From: Rhizaria sp. SCN 62-66
Taxonomy: Eukaryota
Assembly: GCA_001724265.1 (NCBI GenBank)
Contig: MEDY01000001.1
Coordinates: 186,001-207,624, forward strand
Direction of reading: 5' to 3'
DNA length: 21,624 nt
The notes under the pieces are model-generated. The model searched no databases. It saw only the letters and a list, made by a program, of their open reading frames with translations, and was not told where the DNA came from. Both the position numbers and the translations under genes were made by a program. Positions 1 to 10,441 of the stretch are shown one piece after another (position 1 is the stretch's first letter; every line of letters begins with the position of its first letter).

Positions 1-808
1 GCCTTTTCCTCAGCTTATCGAGACCTGCTCCTCGAGATGAACGCTACGCTCGCGAGCGTGGCGATTAGGCTCGATGCAGTCGAGGGCACACTCGCTGGCT
101 TGACGGACGCGGTCGCTGGCTCGACGGACAGTGTCGATGTCATGGATGACAGCATGGCCCGTTTTTTAGGCTACATCCGGCGTCACAGCACGTTTGCCGC
201 TGAGCATAAGGCTAAGATTGACAGCTCTAACGCCGCTGCCATTGAGCGCCACAATCAACGGACCCAACAGGCACGCGGTTACCGAGCATAGCAACACCTC
301 CATGCGTACTTTAGCGAGATCTGTCAACACGTTTATTGCGAGGCTCAACAACACATGTGAGCCTGTGATGATGGCGGATGTGGGCCTCAACAGCACGGCC
401 CAGCTGAAGGCTGCTGCTGCCGACCTTGGATACTACACTTCACCGAGTGCGTCGATGGCTGCGCCGTCGGGAGTGCAGCATGCTGCGCTGCTGACCCTCC
501 CTACTCACTCATCACATGTCATGCCATGTACGTGCTCCTTGTTAAATACGTATCATCAAGAAACAAATGACCGGCTCGACCAACTTCAGGACCAGCTAGG
601 CCACATCTGTATATGTGTCGACATCCACCCACAACACGGCTTTCTGTGCCAAAGATGGACAAAAGACAGACAAGACAACATCTGCGGCATGAGTGTACGC
701 ATGAACGCTACGATCGCGTGCATATGCGGCAGGATCAAAGACTTCGGCGCCGCAAGCCGTGATATTCATACGATGTTGACCTCAAGTAGCAGGGTGGCTA
801 ATGACTGA
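1..808 (+). pseudogene. 3' part of a putative coiled-coil, internally repeated protein gene; frameshifted or degenerate
   Basis: Frame 1 is open from 1 to TAG 289-291 (…MNATLASVAIRLDAVEG…). Protein-like reading continues in frame 2 (to TGA 806-808) and includes a second MNAT unit; atgaacgctacg occurs at both 37 and 701. A possible intron runs 446-560 (GTGCGT…CAAG). No recognisable family. Confidence 0.35.
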
Positions 809-1190
809 CTTTAGTGGGAGGCCTTTTGTTGATTCGCATGCATGTTGTTTGAAAATAGATAACGAGAAATCACGTTGAAATACATCAAGGCTCTACGGAA
901 CAAGGTATTGCAAAATACACGATTATATTGAGAGATCTTTGGTTAGGTCATCCGTGACTCTCGAGTTACTTGTGATCCCAGCCCGCTGCAAAGCCGGTCG
1001 CTCGATCGCTAGTAGCCGAAGGAGACGGAAGGCGAATAAAAACTGTTTCGTTCGCGTCATCGCAATCGTTATTTCCCACATTTCTTTCGATTTGCGAATT
1101 TAATATGGAGCATTCTGACTAAATTTATGATTCTCAATTCAACAGACGCTATTTTATGCCTCATTTTTCTCCTTCGTAGTGGCAAGCACG

Positions 1191-4029
1191 ATGTTGAGGA
1201 CTATCATCATCGCTGCTTGGGTTGCGGCCATCTCCATGGTCGCTGCCGACCTCCCCATCCACTGCCTCAGTTCGCAGGTCCGTTATTCCGCCGAGAAATG
1301 CCCTATCGTACTATCTACAGTCCAATTAAACCGCGTCTTCGCCTCCTAAGGTATCCACTTTGCTCATTATCTCTTATCTCTTCTCTCCTTCGTCTTTTGC
1401 CTCCTCCAAACCGCGCGCCCGTTTCTCTGTATGCAGGTGGCCGGCACGTGGGAGTTTAGCCTCGGCTCTGCGGACTCGCCGACGCCGGACTTGTGCGGCT
1501 ACCGCCAGCCGGACAAGTCTAAGCACCACCTGGACGGCTCGTACCGCTACACGCTGTCCCCCGTCGCGACGACCACGGTCTCGCTGACGCTGCCCAACGT
1601 CGTCGCCTCCACGGGCCCGCACTCGATCGGCAACGGCACGTGGACCATGGTCTACGACGAAGGCTTTATGCTGACGATGACGGACGGCGAGTTCTTCGCC
1701 TTCAACGCCTACAAGCCCAAGAAGGGCACGATGCTCAGCAACATCAAGCCTGAGCGCTACATCTCCTTCTGCGACCGCACGCTCATCGGCTGGTTCCGCC
1801 GCGGCGACCGCTTCGGCTGCTGGCAGGGCCGCCAGACCAAGCCTGCGTACCCGAACCTCCGCATCGCCGCCGCGAGCGCCAACTCGGCCGAGGTTGACTT
1901 CGCCGTCGTCGCTCCCGACTCCCTGCCCAACAAGAACAACCACAATCATGCCAACGCGGCGACGCAGCGCGGACCCGTGTCCCCGTTCCCGTCATTGCTG
2001 CAGATGGGCTCTGAGAGCACGTCGGCGGCCTCGGCGAGCGCGCGCGCGCTGGACGAGCTGTTCAACCCCAACTACGCGCTCATCGAGGCCGTCAACAAGG
2101 ACCCCTCGGCGCTGTACGCCGCCGCGCCCTACGCGCCGTTCCTGGGCAAGACGAACCGCGAGATGCTGAACCTCGTCGGCGGGCTCCCTCACTCCGGTCC
2201 GTCGCAGCTCCCGCGTTCCGCGCCGTCGACGCCCGTCACGAGCGCCGAGATCGAGCAGTTCGCGGCGTTCCTGCAACTGGAGGAGGAGATCACCACGCGC
2301 CGCGAGCTCAGCAGCAACAGCAAGACCGCCGAGCAGCTCGCCGCCGAGGCTGAGGCGGACGCGGAGGGCCACGAGCTGCCCGTCTTCCTCCAGACCGACG
2401 AGAGCATCTCTGTCAACACTGAGGCCGACACTGAGGCCGAGGCTGAGTCTGAGGCTGAGACTGTCGAGAGTGAGAGTGTCGCGTTCGCGGTCGCCCAAGA
2501 CGCCGAGGATCTCGCGCTTCTGCAGGCCCATGGCGCCTCGCCCCACCGCACCAAGATTATCCGCTCCCGCGCCAGCGCCCGTGCCGCGCAGCGCAACGCC
2601 GCCAATGCCGCCGCCAAGGCCGCTGCGATCAAGGCTGCCGCAGCGGCCAACGACCCGCGTCTCATCATCCCCGGTAAGATCGAGAAGCTGCGTTCCCCCG
2701 ATTCGGCGGCGCGCGCTGGCAACGCGACGTGCGAGTACGGGCTGCCCTGCGCGCTCGACTGGCGCAACCACCGGGGCCACAACTGGCTCTCGTCCATCCA
2801 CAACCAGGTACGAGCAACAATGAGAATCAGATATCGCTACTAAATCGTTCCGTTGAGCACATTAATTGGTGTATCGTAACGTGAAACGGCACTATATTAT
2901 GACTATAGACATTTTTAGTTCATGGTATTAATTTGGATCTCTAACTCACTTATTCTCTTGTAATATCCCTCCGTTTTGTTATCTTATTTGCAGGGCTCGT
3001 GCGGCGCGTGCTACGCGATGGCGTTCATGGCCGCGATGGAGGCGCGCGTGCGCATCAAGCGCAACCAGCCGACGCGGCACCGCTACTCGGCGCAGCACGT
3101 GCTGTCGTGCTCGCAGTACAACCAAGGCTGCGACGGCGGCTTCCCCGAGCTTGTTGGGCTCCATGTACAGCACTTCGGCGCCGTCTCCGAGAAGTGCTAC
3201 CCTTACGCTGCACAGGTACGGAACGATTTGCACTCGCATATATCGCTCTTTACAAAGATTAGACTTGAATAACATCGTGTAAGTTGAATCCTAACTCATT
3301 CCCTCACAATACTTTCTCTTTGTTTTGTGTTCCCGATGCCTTGGCCTCTGTTTAGGACGGTTTCTGCCGCCAGACTTGCAAGCACGAGGAGCCCGAAAAG
3401 CCGATCCAGAACACCCGCTACGTCGGCGGCTACTACGGCAACACCAGCGAGGAGGCCATGATGAAGGAGATCGCCACAGGCGGGCCCATCGTCGTCGCCT
3501 TCGAGTCCCCCCACGGGCTCTTTTCGTACCACGGCGGCATCTTCACGGGCCCCAAGCCGCGCGCCGAGGACCAGGGCGTGCCGGGCGCGCCGCTGTGGCA
3601 GCACACCAACCACGCTGTCACGGCCGTCGGGTGGGGCCACACGATGGTACAGGGCAAGCGCGAGAAGTACTGGGTCATGATGAACTCCTGGGGCAAGAAC
3701 TGGGTACGTTTCACACACACATAACAAACAACAAACAACAATAACCATAGTCTCGCATGTAACAATAATGTGTTGACGTTGAGCCACGTTTCGAGACTTG
3801 CCAACGTGATGCCACTCATTGTGCTTCTGTATGATGTCTACTTTAACACGTATCTATGCTCCACGATGCTCTCCAAATGATCATACGCTCATGTCCATTC
3901 TGTCCTTCGATCTTTGTTTTGTTGATGCTGTAGGGTGAGGAGGGCTTCTTCCGCATCCGCCGTGGCACAGACGAGTGCGCGATTGAGTCGATGGCCGTCT
4001 CCTTTGACGTCAAGGACGGTGCCTTCTAA
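1191..4029 (+). CDS. CTSC: Cathepsin C / dipeptidyl aminopeptidase I-like papain-family protease, 5 exons (1191-1277, 1437-2807, 2994-3215, 3356-3703, 3934-4029), 707 aa
   Basis: Signal peptide [19 protein letters not shown] is followed by the exclusion-domain start [17 protein letters not shown] and [11 protein letters not shown]. Catalytic-domain motifs: [15 protein letters not shown] (Cys), [20 protein letters not shown] (His), NSWG (Asn), [19 protein letters not shown]. All four introns are phase-0 GT-AG and join in frame; stop is TAA. Confidence 0.95.
1278..1436 (+). other. Spliceosomal intron 1 of cathepsin C (159 nt)
   Basis: GTCCGT donor, long pyrimidine tract, ATGCAG acceptor; joins [10 protein letters not shown] to VAGTWEF. 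Confidence 0.9.
2808..2993 (+). other. Intron 2 of cathepsin C (186 nt)
   Basis: GTACGA donor, CTAAC at 2941-2945, TTGCAG acceptor; joins HNQ to GSCG. Confidence 0.93.
3216..3355 (+). other. Intron 3 of cathepsin C (140 nt)
   Basis: GTACGG donor, CTAAC at 3291-3295, TTTAG acceptor; joins YPYAAQ to DGFC. Confidence 0.88.
3704..3933 (+). other. Intron 4 of cathepsin C (230 nt)
   Basis: GTACGT donor, TGTAG acceptor; joins NSWGKNW to GEEGFFRI. Confidence 0.92.
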
Positions 4030-4478
4030 GCCAACGTGCATCTTAGTCCATGTCCAAACGAGAGAGCTAAACAACAGCACGAGAGTTGTTGTGGAAGGGA
4101 GGTTAAATTGCCCTGTTCGAGTGTGAATTTAAGAGATGTAGGTCTTACGTAGATGTCTATGCGCTCTAACAATACAAATATTACGTAGATTACTATCGAA
4201 ATTCTGAAATGCTTCATAATCGAGACTATATGACGTTGAACTTTAGAGAATTGCCAGTTGTGGTGCTGCTCGGGTGTTCTCTCCTTCCAGACGTATCCTT
4301 CACTTTACATATGAATATCACGATATCACGACCGTAAACAGAGATATGACGAATGATGCGACGTGCCATATACAACTTAAACTTATCCATTTAATAATAC
4401 GTCATAGATGTGTATTTAACCCTGACAATCGCCGGACAATTATGCGTTCATTCAACTCTCCCTCGTGACCACGTAAAG

Positions 4479-6155
4479 ATGTCTGCCCCCGAGCCCAAAG
4501 ACCCCGCTCCAGGCGACAACGCCAAGGGTCCCGCGGCGGCCGGCAGCGAGCCCGCCGCGCCCCCCGCGTACGACGGTCCGACGGAGCTTCTGATCGACCA
4601 GCTGAACCGCGACGTGGAGTACGTCGTCGTGACTGGCGACATTCCCATTCGCCGCTACCTCGAAGGCTCGCGCGCGCTCATGCTTGCCGGAGACCAGGCC
4701 TTCCTGAAGAACGACTACGCGACAGCGTTTAAGAACTACAAGAAGTTTGTCCGCTTGCTGCTCGTCGACCTGAAAAAGCACATGTTCTACGGCTCCGCGA
4801 CACACCGCAAAGACATCGACGAGCTCACCCAGTTCGCGCGCGAGTGCCTCACGAAGCTGGAGACGCAGATCGCGCCCAAGATCAAGGACCGGCGCGTGCC
4901 CATTCTTCCGCTGCCCTCCGCGACAACGGCGGCGGCTGACTCGTCGACGGGCGCGGGGGGCGCGGATGCTGCCGACGACGACCTCACTGCTCGGTTGAGC
5001 CGACTCGCAGTTGCTAAGGCTGCCGCTGCTGCTGAGGCCGCCAACGCCGCCGCCGCCGCCGCCGCGGGTGCGCCGTCGTCGCTCGCGTCGATCTACACGC
5101 CCAAGCCGCCGCCTGGTAGTTTGACCGCGGCGTCTGTGCCCGCGGCGGGCTCCGCGGTGGCGGTGGCGAGCAGCAAAGGCATGCGCACGCTGCACATCCC
5201 GGTGAGTCTGATCCCCAAGTTCAAGGGCATGTGCGACGATAACACGCGCGCAGGCGTGGAGACGTGCGCGCTGCTTATGGGCCGCGAGTATGACATTGCT
5301 AACGACGACGGCACTCTCGCAACGGTCACCGACGACGAAGACAATGCCGATGCCGCCGCCACTGTTGGCGACAACGACGACGAGGACGAAGACGGTACCA
5401 AGCCCGCCGACAGCAAAGATAAGAAAGCCGCCGCCGCCGCTGCTGCCGCGTTGAAGGCGGCAGCTGGCAAGGGCCGCAAAGTGAAGACAGCTCTTGTTGT
5501 GACGCACATGGTGTTCCCCGAGCAAAAGGGCTCGCCCAACTCGGTCGAGACGTTCAACGAGGAGCGTTTGATTGCAGTGCAGGAGGCGCACGACGTGTAC
5601 GCGCTGGGGTGGGTGCACACGCACCCGACGCAGACGTGTTTCCTGTCATCGGTGGACCTGCACTGCCAATGCTCCTACCAGACGCTGCTGCCCGAGGCCG
5701 TGGCGGTGGTCGTAGCGCCGCGCTTCAACGAGACCGGGCTCTTCCACCTCACGCCTGGTGGGATGAAGACGGTCGCGGCGTGCAGGGAGCCCCCCGCGCG
5801 GCACCACCCGCACGCGGCGCCCGCGAGTGATGGCGGGCACCTCTACGTGCACACAAATCACACCGTGCTGCATTACCCGAGGGGCCACCGCGCACACGAC
5901 GCCGCCGCGCTGCCCCGGCTCGCCGCGACCACTGCCGCGGGCCGCGCCGCGCTGCCGGACCTGGGCGGCGTCGGTGCGGTAACCGTAGTCGACCTGCGCA
6001 AGCCCGGCGGCGGCGGCGTGGGCGGCTTCCTCTCGGGGCTGTTCAGCTCCAGCGGCGGCAAGGGCAAGGACGGGGAGCCGCTGGGCCCGACGATGTACGG
6101 GCAGGCCGCGGGGCTGAGGTACCCGTCGATCCCCGCGAACCTCAAACTCAAGTGA
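4479..6155 (+). CDS. STAMBP: AMSH/STAMBP-like JAMM (MPN+) deubiquitinase, 558 aa, intronless
   Basis: N-terminal USP8-dimer/MIT-like region (IPIRRYL…AFKNYKKFVRLLLVDLKKHMFY), then ETCALLMG, the JAMM motif GWVHTHPTQTCFLSSVDLH, SYQTLLPEAVAVVVAP and the Ins-2 C…HPH. First ATG at 4479; stop TGA. Confidence 0.93.
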   Translation: MSAPEPKDPAPGDNAKGPAAAGSEPAAPPAYDGPTELLIDQLNRDVEYVVVTGDIPIRRYLEGSRALMLAGDQAFLKNDYATAFKNYKKFVRLLLVDLKKHMFYGSATHRKDIDELTQFARECLTKLETQIAPKIKDRRVPILPLPSATTAAADSSTGAGGADAADDDLTARLSRLAVAKAAAAAEAANAAAAAAAGAPSSLASIYTPKPPPGSLTAASVPAAGSAVAVASSKGMRTLHIPVSLIPKFKGMCDDNTRAGVETCALLMGREYDIANDDGTLATVTDDEDNADAAATVGDNDDEDEDGTKPADSKDKKAAAAAAAALKAAAGKGRKVKTALVVTHMVFPEQKGSPNSVETFNEERLIAVQEAHDVYALGWVHTHPTQTCFLSSVDLHCQCSYQTLLPEAVAVVVAPRFNETGLFHLTPGGMKTVAACREPPARHHPHAAPASDGGHLYVHTNHTVLHYPRGHRAHDAAALPRLAATTAAGRAALPDLGGVGAVTVVDLRKPGGGGVGGFLSGLFSSSGGKGKDGEPLGPTMYGQAAGLRYPSIPANLKLK

Positions 6156-6397
6156 AGCGGTGCGCGAGTGGAGTGGTGAGCGAACGACTGACTGCGCCGT
6201 TAGTGGCCAGAAGAGTGAGACAGTGAAGACTCACTGGTCAGAGGTCATGTTAATGATGGCCAGCTTGTTATATTAGTTTAGAACAATACAATAACAAATT
6301 TGCATCTGCTTGGACATGTCTATTCTAACTTCTGTCTACATGTAATCAATGTTGCGAGTCGTCTTGATGTAGGAGTGAGGACTTGTTTGTCAAGCTA

Positions 6398-6451
6398 AGA
6401 GTCCAAATTATCATGTAATAATTGAGAGTCCAAATTATCATGTAATAATTG
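6398..6451. repeat. Perfect 27-bp tandem duplication (agagtccaaattatcatgtaataattg x2)
   Basis: Read directly: copies at 6398-6424 and 6425-6451, in the spacer between convergent genes. Confidence 0.95.
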
Positions 6452-6579
6452 TATTATCTCGGGATTACTAATAAGTTATGATATACAAATATGGTTTGGG
6501 ATTTTGTTCCTAGTTTCTCTGTCCGTAATCATAAAACTGAACGTCGAGTATCATGATTTGCGTTTGTTGCGCGCCTTGC

Positions 6580-8100
6580 TTAGTCGGCCTTCTTGGCCGC
6601 AGTCTTGCCCTTAGCAGACGCCTTGGAGGGCGAGAAGTCCACCCGCGCCATGTCCGTAATCACGCCCTCGGTACCCGTGGTGCTCACGGTCGCAGTCGCA
6701 GTTGCAGACTCACCGGTACCGGCGGTGGTGCTCACGGTCTTGGCGGCGGTGGTGCGGGGACGGAGCCAGTTCTTGAACGGCACTTCGACAAGGTGGTAGC
6801 AGAGCGTGCCGTAGAGGAACGAAACCGCGATGACCGTGAGCGCGACGGGGATGAAGATGCCCCAGGTCATCTCGGTCAGCATGCCGTAGCGGTCAATGTA
6901 CATGTCCCAGATCTTCATGGCAAACGCGGAGTGAGTCAGGTACACGGCGTACGTCGGGATTTGCAGGTAGCCAAAGATCTTGTGAGAGAGGACGCGGGAC
7001 AGCGCGCCGAACACGGGGCTGACGGACGGGTTGATGAGCAGGTAGATGATGTAGTTGAGCGCGAAGAGCCAAAGGAGCCCGCCGACGGAGAAGAACGTCA
7101 TGTGCAGCGGAGACAGCCAGTCGGTGTAGAACGTGCCCGCAACGCCAAGCACGGTCACGGCCAGCGCGGCCCAGTGGAGGAGGCGCTTGGAGCCCGCAGC
7201 GGCGAGCTGCGCGGGGAGCTGGCGGAGGTTGATCTGGACCCAGGCCAGCAGCACGCCGGTGAAGATGCAGCCCAGGCGCTGCGGGGTGGACGAGTACCAG
7301 ACGTTGAAGTACATGAAGAACGAGTCCTTGTCGACGAGCTCGAAGACGTAGACCTTGGGCGGCGCGAAGGGCATCATGGCGTATGTGTAGAGAACAAACC
7401 GCAGCAGGCCGTGCAGACAGAGGCCGGCGAGGATGGCCTTGACGAGGCGCGTGCCGCGGCCGAACCAGCGGATGGCAAGGGGGAAAATAAGGTAGAAGTG
7501 CACCTGGACGCAGAGAGACCAGGTCCAGCCCATGCAGCCGCCGAAGGGGATGATGTTGTTGAGGAAGAGCAGGTTCGCGATGGAGATCTCGCAATTGGAC
7601 GGCACGCCGGTGAGGTCGGTGCGGCCGGCCACGGTCTCAACCATCTCGCGAATCCCGGTCGAGGGGTGGCGGTCCCACGCGAGCAGCGGGGAGCGGTAGA
7701 AGAGCCCCAGGCAGACGAAAAGCACGGAGACGATGAGCGTGGGGTAGACGCGGGTGACGCGGAGCCACACGAACTCGGACCATGTGCCGGTGCGCGCGCC
7801 CGCGAGCACGGGGTACGCCAGCAGGAAGCCCGTCAGGATGAAGAAGATGTCGACGGCAAAGAGCCCGTTATTGAGGAAACGCATCCAGGGCGCGTAGTAG
7901 AAGGCGTCGAATGCGGGCTCCTTGAGGATCATGGACGTGTGCCAGAGGACGTGGAAGGTGACGACCCACAGCGTCATCAGCACGCGCACGCCGTCCAGCA
8001 CAGGGAAAACCTCGTACCGGGCCTTGGCGGGCGTGGCGGCGGGCGCGGCGGGGGCGGCCGCGGGGGTCAGAGCGGTGGCGGCGTCGGAGGCGCGGGCCAT
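6580..8100 (-). CDS. Acyltransferase family 3 (OafA/NRF-6-like) multi-pass membrane O-acyltransferase, 506 aa
   Basis: Motifs LDGVRVLM..WVVTFH, AVDIFFILTGFLL, RVTRVYP, WTWSLCVQVHFYLIFP, TYAVYLTH, YHLVEVPF, with many hydrophobic segments. The start is placed at ATG 8100 because the upstream part of the ORF is a pyrimidine tract and AT-rich spacer. Stop TAA. Confidence 0.88.
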   Translation of the reverse strand: MARASDAATALTPAAAPAAPAATPAKARYEVFPVLDGVRVLMTLWVVTFHVLWHTSMILKEPAFDAFYYAPWMRFLNNGLFAVDIFFILTGFLLAYPVLAGARTGTWSEFVWLRVTRVYPTLIVSVLFVCLGLFYRSPLLAWDRHPSTGIREMVETVAGRTDLTGVPSNCEISIANLLFLNNIIPFGGCMGWTWSLCVQVHFYLIFPLAIRWFGRGTRLVKAILAGLCLHGLLRFVLYTYAMMPFAPPKVYVFELVDKDSFFMYFNVWYSSTPQRLGCIFTGVLLAWVQINLRQLPAQLAAAGSKRLLHWAALAVTVLGVAGTFYTDWLSPLHMTFFSVGGLLWLFALNYIIYLLINPSVSPVFGALSRVLSHKIFGYLQIPTYAVYLTHSAFAMKIWDMYIDRYGMLTEMTWGIFIPVALTVIAVSFLYGTLCYHLVEVPFKNWLRPRTTAAKTVSTTAGTGESATATATVSTTGTEGVITDMARVDFSPSKASAKGKTAAKKAD

Positions 8101-8785
8101 CAGCTCTGCGAAGTGGGCGGAGCGGGGCGGGTGCGGAGGGGCAGGGAGTGCGGGGGGCAGGACGGGAAAAGCGGAGTCCAGGACGTAGAAAGAGAGATGA
8201 GCAAATAATGAAATGGCTACATGTCTAATAATATGTACAATATTCTGGTGTAGTGCTCTTGAACTCACTGACGGATGATACGCAGAAAGCGAGAACTTCG
8301 GCAAAAGCAACTTCGCCTTCGCAACTGGCGACGACGTCTTTACTAATCTCTCTGACGGAGTCATCTTCTTCACATAGAGAGGCAAGATGATTGAGCATAC
8401 AAGTACATATTGAATATGATGCATTTCATTGCACAATGTACTTGAATTTATTATCAAATCTTGTCCTGACTCAGTAACCAGCCTGCTGGGCCTCTGTGTA
8501 GCGCCTGATGTGTAAACCATGCTTCTTTTCAATCCTATATCCTGAGAACGCCTCAAGTACACATATAAGCGCATTCCTAATTGTTTTCTTGTTTACAATC
8601 GGCATGCCTGCTGTATATATCCTTAGCCCTTCATCAGACGTCGTTATCCGAACTCTGAAGCGCACGGGCTGGTTGGAACGCGTAACGTCTTCTGCAATTG
8701 GCTGCCCACGTGCAGAGCGTCCCAAGGGGACTAAGGCGACAAAAGCTCGTCTGGTGCATCTAGAACGTGCTACTTTTTTGTCAGA

Positions 8786-10441
8786 ATGAGTGGCCCCCCG
8801 TAGCCCTATAGCCACCCGCGGCCCCGGCCCCAGTCATCCGCCGCCCGCCCAGCCTCCCACACAGCCCTGTTGTCAGCAACAACAGCACCACATACCACCG
8901 GTGCGCGCATCCCGTTCTCCCGCGCGCCCCCTACGGCCCGCCGCGCCGCGTTTGCCGCCGCGCGCCCGGTGGCCCCTTCTGTGATCCACAGCGCTGCCGG
9001 GAGTAACACCAGCAGTAGCGGCGGTATCAGCTCCTCCAGTCGCGCTCTCGCAGCCCCCGCCACGTCCGCCTCGTTCTCCACCACGGCGGCGTTCGGCCCC
9101 GGCGCGGGCGCGGGGTCCGACGCCGCAGCGGCGCTGGTGGGGCAGCTGCACAGCGTATGGTGCCGTGTCGCGGCGCTCCGAGCCAAGTGCGCGCAGGCCG
9201 AGGCCGCAGAAGCGGCGGCTGAGGCGGCGGCGGCAGGTGGGATGGAGAGAACTGTGCCAACAAGCCGTACCGGCTACAGTGGTGCTAGTCTTGGTCGCGT
9301 GACTGATAATGGGGATGATATTGGCGTGGTCGCGCAGATCAACGCACTGAGGCTGCAACAGCAGCATCAACAACAGCAGCAGCAACAAAAGCACAATCAT
9401 AAGCAGCAACAGCAGCCACAGCAATCCAGTGCGCGGGGCTACGACAGCAGTCGCAGCAACCGTAGCTGTGAGCGCCACTGCGCCAGTGGCGGAGCCGACG
9501 ACTGTGAGCTGTGCCTTGTCGCGCGCTACGGTGACTTTGACAACAATAGCAACGACGGCCATCACGATGACGATGATGACAATGTTCAGGATGATTTTGA
9601 TAATGCAAGCAGCGCGGACCCATTTGCGCAAGCACGGCGGCTGCGGCGCTTGCACGACGCACTTGTGGTTAAATACTCTCCGCTCGGCATCGGCTTCACA
9701 GTGCCTGGGCAAACGCACAGCGATGCCACGAGAGATGATGGTGACGGCCACAGTGCACTCGTGCCGCCTGCGCCGGGCCGCGCGTTATCCCGTGCCTCGG
9801 CGCGCGCAGAGCTGCTGCAAGTGCGTGCCGTGACGGAGCAACTCCGCGCGGAGGCCGCTGCGGTCTCCCAACGCACCCGTGCACTGCGGCACTCTGTTCG
9901 CGGTCACTCTGCAGCTCACGGTCAAGTTGGTGCTGCTCACGGTCACGATGCTGACGACGCGGACTATGAGTTCCAGCACGACTACGACACGGCCTTTTTG
10001 AGCGCAAACGCGTCCGCAAGGGCACGCAGCGATGGCAATAATCGCGGCGGCGCGTGCGCCAACTCGAGCGCGAGCGCAGCTTTCGCTACCGCGCTCGAGC
10101 TTGAGGACGGCCGCGCGCGCGCGCACGCCCAGGAGCAGCGGCTGCAGCGGCGCGCGCTGCTGGCAGCCGAGGCGTCCGTGTCGGCGTCGCTGGGCGCGCT
10201 GCAGGCGCAGCTGCGGCAGGCGCGCGGCGAGGCGGCAGCGCTGCGACGCGAGCACGCGCAGGAGCAGCCGCGGCTGACAGCGCTGGCAGCGGCCGTGACC
10301 GAGGACGCGGCTGCCGCGGCGGGCGAGCGCGCGCGCGCGGTGCGAGCCCGGGACGCCGCGGCGGCCGAGAGGGATGAGGCCGCGGCGCGGGTCGCGGTGC
10401 TGCGCAAAAGGCTTGCGGATATTGAAGCTGGACTAGTCTGA
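8786..10441 (+). CDS. Orphan Ala/Gln-rich protein with C-terminal coiled coil, 551 codons, with in-frame TAG at codon 6 (8801-8803)
   Basis: ATG AGT GGC CCC CCG TAG CCC TAT… is in frame with the 8870-10441 ORF. GC-rich coding-like composition starts at this ATG. Contains a polyQ tract (~9355-9425) and a heptad-like C-terminus; stop TGA. The start depends on how the TAG is interpreted. Confidence 0.65.

Noticed and set aside
6398-6451. 27-bp repeat as a CRISPR array
   Set aside because: Only two adjacent copies, no spacer, no cas genes, eukaryotic context.
6553-8208. 551-aa + strand ORF and similar long antisense ORFs (1992-2801, 4452-5624, 11005-12126, 15589-17217)
   Set aside because: Shadow ORFs of GC-rich genes with strong third-position bias; the opposite strand carries recognisable domains.
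8101-8574. N-terminal extension of the acyltransferase ORF from a non-ATG start (similarly 4410-4478, 12943-13038, 18499-18609)
   Set aside because: AT-rich or pyrimidine-tract sequence with acceptor-like features and no protein-like character; the eukaryotic ATG starts lie downstream.
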